Assembly (NCBI RefSeq): GCF_000223395.1
Contig: NC_015931.1
Coordinates: 330,001-362,000 of the forward strand
Direction of reading: 5' to 3'
Origin: Pyrolobus fumarii 1A
GTDB lineage: Archaea > Thermoproteota > Thermoprotei_A > Sulfolobales > Pyrodictiaceae
Length of the DNA: 32,000 bases
The translations under genes were made by a program, and so were the position numbers. Positions 26,540 to 32,000 of this stretch are shown here, piece after piece (positions within the stretch are counted from its first letter, which is position 1; the number at the start of each line of letters is the position of its first letter). The notes beneath the pieces are model-generated. The model saw nothing but the letters and a program-made list of their open reading frames with translations. It was not told the DNA's origin and made no database searches.

Positions 26540-27949
26540 TTAGCCTCGGTGCCTCAACAGCACTGGTAGCACCAACACCGTAGACACTATTAGCACGATG
26601 AGCGATAATGGTACGCCCCATATGTTAAAGATGAAGGCCTTCTTCGGTCCCAGTATGAGTGCCGCGGCGAAGGCTATGGCAACCCCGGATACTATAGACG
26701 CGAGAGCATAGCCTCCCATGCCGCGGGCACTCTGCGGTGATAGTGCCGCTATTATGGTCGGGACGGCTAGCGGCAGTAGCAATAGCGATGAGAGTACGCT
26801 CATCTCGACTATAGGCGCGGGCCTGGATAGGGCCACGGCGGCAGCTGCAGTGTTTATCAGCAGCACGGCGATGTACGCTGCTTTGAGCCCCCTAAGGCCA
26901 AGCTCGTGTGACAAGGCGCTCGCAATGCTCAACACTATGCTGTCTACCGTAGAGATGCTCGCGGCCACTATGCCCACATAGGTCGCGGCTGCGAGAGGCG
27001 CGGGGGCGAGAGTCAGCAGTGTTGGCGTAACTTTATCCCGGGCGTCGACGGGCGGCAGGATATTCGCGGCGCTGAGCCCAGCTGCTATCAACCCTATGCC
27101 GACTACTAGCAGCGTGTAGGCCCACCCGTACAGCCCGAAGAGTGTCACCATCCTCCGGTAGGACTTGGCGTCCCTCGGGACATAGAGGCGCTGGACTACC
27201 TGCGGGTTGGTCACCGCGAAGAAGACCCACGGGATGGTGAACGCCAGGAACGTCGATGGGGTCCAGAAGCTCGTCAAGTCTAGAAGACCCTTCTCCGAGA
27301 CGAGGCGTGCCACGTCAACATCATGCCCGGCTATGAGCGTTGATAACCACGCTATTAGCGCGATAGCCGTGGCTATCATCCACGTGCCCTGGAACGCATC
27401 TGTCGTCGCAACGCTCCACATACCAGCGATGAGTGTCCACAACGCGCTGAGGATGAACATGGCTGCTACTCCATAGGCGAAGCCTAGGCCCAGCCCCTCG
27501 AACACGCGCCCAACGCCAATGAACTGGGCAGAGGCGTAAGGCACAAGAGCGACGAGATAAAGCAGAGCAACAGCTACACCCAGCGTCCTAGAGCCGTATA
27601 CACCGCTAAGCACCTCGCTCGGGCTAACCCAGCCCCTCTCACGCGCCATACGCCATATCCTCGGGCCCACGAGCGATAGCAAGCCAAGAGTGGCTATGAG
27701 GTACGCTAGCTCGAAGCCTAACGAGCCCACACCCGTAGAGTAGGCGAACCCCACGAGGCCAACCATCATGAAGCTGCTGTACGTGGTGGCAGCGTAGGTC
27801 AACGCCGCTAGGAAACCACCAAGCCTACCGCCAGCAGTGTAGAAGTCCTCCACAGTCCTGATACCCATCCGGCGAGAGAGCCAGGCAATCAGCGAGCCCA
27901 CGGCGACAAACAGTACAAAGAGACCGGCGAACCACAGAGCCACGCTCAA
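26540..27949 (-). CDS. Sodium:solute symporter family (SSS) transporter
   Basis: 469 aa with about 12-13 TM segments. The N-terminal VEDFYTAGGRLGGFLAALTYAATTYSSFMMVG is typical of SSS carriers. Start is TTG 27949 or GTG 27943. Confidence 0.8.
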   Translation of the reverse strand: MSVALWFAGLFVLFVAVGSLIAWLSRRMGIRTVEDFYTAGGRLGGFLAALTYAATTYSSFMMVGLVGFAYSTGVGSLGFELAYLIATLGLLSLVGPRIWRMARERGWVSPSEVLSGVYGSRTLGVAVALLYLVALVPYASAQFIGVGRVFEGLGLGFAYGVAAMFILSALWTLIAGMWSVATTDAFQGTWMIATAIALIAWLSTLIAGHDVDVARLVSEKGLLDLTSFWTPSTFLAFTIPWVFFAVTNPQVVQRLYVPRDAKSYRRMVTLFGLYGWAYTLLVVGIGLIAAGLSAANILPPVDARDKVTPTLLTLAPAPLAAATYVGIVAASISTVDSIVLSIASALSHELGLRGLKAAYIAVLLINTAAAAVALSRPAPIVEMSVLSSLLLLPLAVPTIIAALSPQSARGMGGYALASIVSGVAIAFAAALILGPKKAFIFNIWGVPLSLIVLIVSTVLVLPVLLRHRG

Positions 27950-27953
27950 GCTA

Positions 27954-28115
27954 TCACCCCACCCTCTTCAAGTACACGATGGTGAGTATCAGCCAAGCTA
28001 GGCTCAAGACACTCCAATACGTGAACAAGTCTACGGGCAGCGAGCGGGTGAAGACAGGAAGGTAGTGTAGGATGAGTACAGCCGCGAACGCGAGTAGATA
28101 GCCTCGTAGACTCAC
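27954..28115 (-). CDS. Small two-TM membrane protein, putative accessory subunit of the SSS transporter (DUF3311-like); not in the ORF track
   Basis: Hand translation from GTG 28115: MSLRGYLLAFAAVLILHYLPVFTRSLPVDLFTYWSVLSLAWLILTIVYLKRVG* (53 aa). Its TGA stop at 27956..27954 lies 4 nt before the symporter TTG start. The 64-aa track ORF in the other frame is hydrophilic and Arg-rich. Confidence 0.5.
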   Translation of the reverse strand: MSLRGYLLAFAAVLILHYLPVFTRSLPVDLFTYWSVLSLAWLILTIVYLKRVG

Positions 28116-28291
28116 TAGCCAACCACCGGTATGGTCTCACTATTCCTAACAGCGGGAAGAATTAAGCATCCCTAGTGTAATTTACAAAATTAAAGCAGAA
28201 CGGTCGCAATCATATATTGTAAATAAAACATGGCAAAGAATGGGTATGAGGCTACTACGCCCACAGGCATGTGAGGAAGCATCTCTACACT

Positions 28292-29050
28292 CTACAGGCG
28301 TGCAGCTCGGAGTATCCTATCTGCAAGGCAGCGAGGAGGCGGAGTGGACACGGGACAGCATTGCGCATCTCGTACGCGGTAAACTAGGTGTATGCAATGC
28401 CCGCAAGGGCATACCTCGTGGCATTCGAGACTAAGCCTTGGTGATGCTGGCCACTCGGTGAACCCTCGACCCTCCGGATCGTCTACAATGCTCCTTCCCG
28501 CCGCGAACAACACTGGGGCTATGGTAACGCGAAGCTCGTCAACTAGCCTCTCCCTGTGCAAACTGTGTGCCAGCACACCGCCACCCTCTACTAGCACCCT
28601 CTTCACTCCATAGTTCTCCAGCAGAATCCTCAGCGCATCCCCTAGGTTAACGCGGTGTCCCTCACCAACCACGACAACCTCCACACCCCTACGGCGCAAC
28701 TCCTCTATCTTTTCGCGTGGCGCGCTGCCACCGGTAAACACGATGGTAGGTACGCTAGTATCGTTATACACCCTTGCGTTGGGGCTTGTCGAAAGACGCC
28801 CATCGACGACGACACGGTAGTAGGGCTTGACATCTCCAATTCTACGAGCAAGTCTAGGGTTGTCGATATTCACGGTGCTAGCTCCGACCATTACAGCGTT
28901 TACCATACCCCTAAGCAGGTAGAGCCTAAGCTTGTCGAACTTGCAGCTCAAGATGCTATAGCCGGTAGCGGATGCAATTCGACCGTCAATGGTCATCGTA
29001 GAAAAGTGTAGGACAAAGGGTCTCTCATACACGGCTTGTGGCACCCGCAA
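28292..29050 (-). CDS. RibD C-terminal-domain reductase (archaeal 2,5-diamino-6-ribosylamino-4(3H)-pyrimidinone 5'-phosphate reductase type)
   Basis: FVLHFSTMTIDGRIA, AVMVGASTVNIDNPRL, YRVVVDG, RVLVEGGGVLAHSL, DELRVTIAPVLF. The start is ambiguous (TTG 29050, GTG 29044 or GTG 29032). There is a Cys-rich C-terminal tail (CHEVCPCGHC...CC). Confidence 0.8.
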   Translation of the reverse strand: MRVPQAVYERPFVLHFSTMTIDGRIASATGYSILSCKFDKLRLYLLRGMVNAVMVGASTVNIDNPRLARRIGDVKPYYRVVVDGRLSTSPNARVYNDTSVPTIVFTGGSAPREKIEELRRRGVEVVVVGEGHRVNLGDALRILLENYGVKRVLVEGGGVLAHSLHRERLVDELRVTIAPVLFAAGRSIVDDPEGRGFTEWPASPRLSLECHEVCPCGHCIHLVYRVRDAQCCPVSTPPPRCLADRILRAARL

Positions 29051-29100
29051 TATAGTGAACCGGCGGCTTGGTGTATTGTACCCGCGGGAGCAGCGGGGCC

Positions 29101-29352
29101 ATGCGGTTCAAGAGGCTTGAGGTCGGGGCTAGCCGCGTGCCATGCGCGAACCCCATTGCTATGATACACATGGCGCTCGTGGAGCTCGGCGAGGACGAGG
29201 GTCTCGAGATAATCACTAAGAAGAGTAATGCGAGGGAAGTGCGGGAGGCGCTCGCGATGCTAGATGATGTCGTGCAGATAGTAGAGGAGAGTCTTGAAGG
29301 TGATGTGTATAAGGTTCGTGTGGTTCCACGGCACGAGCAGAAACGGGGCTGA
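29101..29352 (+). CDS. TusA/SirA-like sulfur-carrier fold protein
   Basis: LEVGASRVPCANPIAMIHMALVELGEDEGLEIITKKSN aligns by eye with E. coli TusA [34 protein letters not shown], and the Cys is conserved. The ORF is open from 29068. Confidence 0.5.
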   Translation: MRFKRLEVGASRVPCANPIAMIHMALVELGEDEGLEIITKKSNAREVREALAMLDDVVQIVEESLEGDVYKVRVVPRHEQKRG

Positions 29353-29357
29353 GCGCA

Positions 29358-29975
29358 GTGACCGCGCAGTTAAACCTCATACTTATAGACACTCTCCTGA
29401 AGGCGTACGGTGCGCCGCGCTTATCCGAACTGTTGCGGAAGCTGGCGAGCCTGGAGAGGAGCGTCGAGATTATCGTGGAGCAGGGTGAGAACGAGGCATC
29501 TAAGGTAATGCTAGATGTGCTTCGCAGCTTTTCTGATCTATCGGGTGGCAAGCTGGTCATACGTGAGGAGCGGACAGATAGGAAGCTGCCCCCGCCCCCC
29601 TCCATACGTGTCGTGACATGCTTCGAGGGTAGGCTGCGCTACCATGGCCTCATGGACGGTATATTGTTGGGTCCCCTAGTCGAGTCGCTACTGTATGCCG
29701 GCGGTGTGCTTGAACCGCCGAGCGTCGAGGCAAAACAGCGTCGCGTGGAGATATACGTGATACCTGGTAGGCCTTGCCTCGTGACGCTGCGTAACTTCAT
29801 ACCAGTAGTAGCAGCCTCTAACGAGCTGGAGCTCGACGTGATAGATGCGAGGGAGTATGAGAAGATGGGTGGGAAGCTACCAGCACCGTTTGTACCAGCG
29901 GTTGTCGTGGACGGGAAGCTAGTGAAAGTGGGCTCGGTCAAGAGTATAGAGGAGGCTGTTAAGCTGCTAGAGTGA
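29358..29975 (+). CDS. Double thioredoxin-fold (PDO/glutaredoxin-like) protein lacking both CXXC motifs
   Basis: The C-terminal unit VEIYVIPGRPCLVTLRNF...FVPAVVVDGKLVKVGSVKSIEEAVKLLE aligns by eye with small archaeal glutaredoxin-like proteins (..FTSPTCPYCP...VPAIAING....G). Only one Cys is present there, and the first unit has no Cys at the expected site. The GTG start lies 5 nt after the TusA-like stop. Confidence 0.5.
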   Translation: MTAQLNLILIDTLLKAYGAPRLSELLRKLASLERSVEIIVEQGENEASKVMLDVLRSFSDLSGGKLVIREERTDRKLPPPPSIRVVTCFEGRLRYHGLMDGILLGPLVESLLYAGGVLEPPSVEAKQRRVEIYVIPGRPCLVTLRNFIPVVAASNELELDVIDAREYEKMGGKLPAPFVPAVVVDGKLVKVGSVKSIEEAVKLLE

Positions 29976-29990
29976 CCAGCCGCAACTGCG

Positions 29991-30039
29991 ATGATGACAC
30001 CCTCGGTGCGGAGAGGATGACGAGTTATAGGATTGCTGA
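29991..30039 (+). ncRNA. Candidate C/D box sRNA (2'-O-methylation guide)
   Basis: AUGAUGA (29991..29997), 12 nt caccctcggtgc, ggag (degenerate D'), 3 nt, AUGACGA (30017..30023), 12 nt gttataggattg, CUGA (30036..30039). The core is 49 nt and intergenic, between the thioredoxin-like gene and ccmF. Confidence 0.55.
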
Positions 30040-30098
30040 GCGGCATCACGCTTAATACGGCGTTGCTTCATGGTGTTTTAAAACGAGGGATTGATTAA

Positions 30099-32000
30099 AT
30101 GAGTGATTTCGTAGGTTACCACTATACCATAATCCCTGCGGTTGCGCTTCTCGCGCTTCTCGCCTATTCTAGTCTCGAGGCGCTGCGCGGGAGACTAGCA
30201 AAGTCCAAGAAGATGCTGATGCTCTCCGCGCTTCTCGCTATAGCCGCGTGGGTGGTATACACAATACCATTCGTCACTCGCGACTATAGCCTCAAGCCGG
30301 TATACGAGTCTACAAGCGAGGCGCTGCCAGAGTGGCTGCTGCCCGCGACAGCGTGGAGCACCGGCGGAGGTAGCCTCTACCTTTACGCGGTGATAGCGGC
30401 TATAGGAGCCTACCTCGTAGCCAGGAGCGTCGAGAACAACCGCGTGTATCTAGCTGTTGCACCGTGGCTAAGCGGTGTGGCCCTCATAGCCGCGATACTC
30501 TACGGCGCGTTCGATCTGAATCCCAACCCGCAGCTAACCGGCATGGGCCTAAACCCGCTCCTCAAGAGCTTCTGGATATACCCTCACCCCCTCACAACCT
30601 TCGGCGGCTATGCCCTCCTCGCAGTCTCCACGTTCGCCCTTGCACTCGGGCTACGCTCTAGGAGCATAACGGTGGTCTACGAGATAGGCTGGGCTATGCT
30701 AACACTCGGCATAATGCTAGGCGGCTTGTGGAGCTACGAGACGTTCGGGTGGGGCGGCTACTGGGCATGGGATCCCGTCGAGACGGCGGAGCTCATGGTG
30801 TGGCTGGCCGCCACTACAGTACCACACGTAATGGTAGCGTTGCCCTCGCTCGCTCCAGGTGTAGCGGCGTTAACAACCTCAACAGTCTACCTCGCAATGT
30901 ACGTCACTAGGACAGGTTTGAGCCCGTTGCACAGCTTCGCGGCTCCCGGCATAGCCTCTCTGACGCTAATCTCGGTATCGATGGCACTACTGGTGCTAAG
31001 CCTGTACCTCCTCGTGAAGGCCGAGGGCGTGGCCCGCGAGGTGAGGAAATGGGTAAGGACGCCGTTCAACCTAGGCATGGGTATTGCGACGATAGCATTG
31101 CTCCTAGCGACGCTGTTCGTCACATCATCGCTATTAATGCCGTCGATATTCACGGCGGTGGGTCAGCGGGCTACAGCACCGACGATGGACAGCGGGATAC
31201 GCTTCTACCACCCAGTGTTATACCCGGTGGCACTCGCGCTCCTCACCGGCATCGCGATAGCGTTCATCGGTGATAGGCTTGGATGGAGAGGCATAGCATC
31301 TCTAATGGCTTCTGTTGCTCTAGCGGCGGTGCTGCTAGCCTATAGAGTCGCCAGTGGTGGGCTCACGCTTGCACCCCTCTCGCCACAAGCGACCAACATC
31401 ATGATGGTCGTCGGTATCGTGTTCGCCGCGACAACCATAGTCTCGACGCTAGTGTTTATCGCGCTACGTATACGTGACAGCTTGAAGAGCGGTGCCCGTA
31501 TACCAACGGATCATTACCTAGGCATAGCCTTGATCCACCTCGGCTTCGCGTTGGTGCTTCTCGGCGTCTTCCTCGGCGGCACCTACTCCTACAACCAGGC
31601 CTACTTCGAGAGCTACACGTTGAAGCCAGGCGACTCTATACAACTGCCCGGCGGGAAACTACTCGTATTCGAGGGTTACGAGTACGGCGTAATAGAGGAG
31701 CCCGTCGACATATTCACGCCCTACGCTGGCAGGAGCAGCACATACTTCCTTGCACAGGACGCGCTACTGACTCTGCACTTCGATGTTGCCTCGCTCTACA
31801 AGAGCTACATGGAGGGCAAGAGGCTGTGGAACAGCGACCCGCGGGTCCTCCTAGTGCGCAGCCTTGAAGACAAAACATTCCATATGAATGGGAGTATAGT
31901 GCTGTGCCCCGAGGGTTGCAGCGCGACAATAAGCTACCGTGATATAGTGAACAACATCACCTCGACGCTGAGCAGCGACAACACGAGCATTGTGCTGGAG
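30099..32000 (+). CDS. ccmF: Cytochrome c-type biogenesis protein CcmF (System I heme lyase), 5' part; runs off the right window edge
   Basis: Absent from the ORF track because it is open at the edge. Hand translation from ATG 30099, with an in-frame TAA immediately upstream: MSDFVGYHYTIIPAVALL...FWIYPHPLTTFGGYALL...LWSYETFGWGGYWAWDPVETAELMVWL. The WWD motif is at 30750..30782. I spot-checked the frame as stop-free at 31260..31280 and read it through to 32000. Confidence 0.8.
   Translation, partial: MSDFVGYHYTIIPAVALLALLAYSSLEALRGRLAKSKKMLMLSALLAIAAWVVYTIPFVTRDYSLKPVYESTSEALPEWLLPATAWSTGGGSLYLYAVIAAIGAYLVARSVENNRVYLAVAPWLSGVALIAAILYGAFDLNPNPQLTGMGLNPLLKSFWIYPHPLTTFGGYALLAVSTFALALGLRSRSITVVYEIGWAMLTLGIMLGGLWSYETFGWGGYWAWDPVETAELMVWLAATTVPHVMVALPSLAPGVAALTTSTVYLAMYVTRTGLSPLHSFAAPGIASLTLISVSMALLVLSLYLLVKAEGVAREVRKWVRTPFNLGMGIATIALLLATLFVTSSLLMPSIFTAVGQRATAPTMDSGIRFYHPVLYPVALALLTGIAIAFIGDRLGWRGIASLMASVALAAVLLAYRVASGGLTLAPLSPQATNIMMVVGIVFAATTIVSTLVFIALRIRDSLKSGARIPTDHYLGIALIHLGFALVLLGVFLGGTYSYNQAYFESYTLKPGDSIQLPGGKLLVFEGYEYGVIEEPVDIFTPYAGRSSTYFLAQDALLTLHFDVASLYKSYMEGKRLWNSDPRVLLVRSLEDKTFHMNGSIVLCPEGCSATISYRDIVNNITSTLSSDNTSIVLE

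Noticed and set aside
27946-28140. 64-aa track ORF upstream of the symporter
   Set aside because: It is hydrophilic and Arg/His-rich with no recognisable features. The alternative frame gives a clean two-TM peptide that stops 4 nt before the transporter start, so I preferred that frame.
25639-28240. Integrated element using tRNA-Thr as its attachment site
   Set aside because: I found no integrase or split integrase and no second copy of the tRNA 3' half in the window. The downstream genes (symporter, riboflavin reductase) are ordinary chromosomal genes.
1-32000. CRISPR arrays, IS elements, transposases, rRNA genes
   Set aside because: I saw no regularly spaced repeats, no terminal inverted repeats bracketing a transposase-like ORF, and no rRNA-like sequence on either strand.

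Overview
About 32 kb that looks like a hyperthermophilic crenarchaeon, probably Desulfurococcales/Pyrodictiaceae-like. That assignment is an inference from roughly 55% GC, heavy ATA/AGG/CTA codon use, many GTG/TTG starts, a crenarchaeal-type PdxS N-terminal extension, a Gins23-type GINS subunit, a CDC48 homolog, a PaREP1 protein and tRNAs with encoded CCA. The window is densely packed and mostly housekeeping. It carries cofactor genes (thi4 fragment, pdxS, nadC, RibD-C-type reductase), purine genes (purF-like, purD) and amino-acid genes (cimA-like, an orphan lysZ/argB). It also has ahcY, GINS, CDC48, a ModABC-type molybdate/tungstate transporter, a sodium:solute symporter, tRNA-Met(CAT) and tRNA-Thr(GGT). 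No CRISPR array, IS element or integrase was seen. The parts worth a second look are: (1) a translationally coupled MoxR-type AAA+ ATPase plus an HExxH/VWA protein; (2) a four-gene overlapping operon (NYN/PIN-like protein, metallophosphoesterase, Cys-rich protein, MarC) lying divergent to a Cas4-like 4-Cys protein; (3) a PurF homolog whose glutaminase nucleophile Cys is replaced; (4) thiol-redox and cytochrome c maturation genes: a CPHC-thioredoxin::CcdA fusion, a TusA-like protein, a CXXC-less double-thioredoxin protein and CcmF; (5) a well-formed C/D box sRNA candidate; (6) an unlisted small membrane ORF ahead of the symporter; (7) an RHH::PaREP1 fusion and three orphan genes around tRNA-Thr. 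All family assignments come from reading motifs by eye, with no database search.
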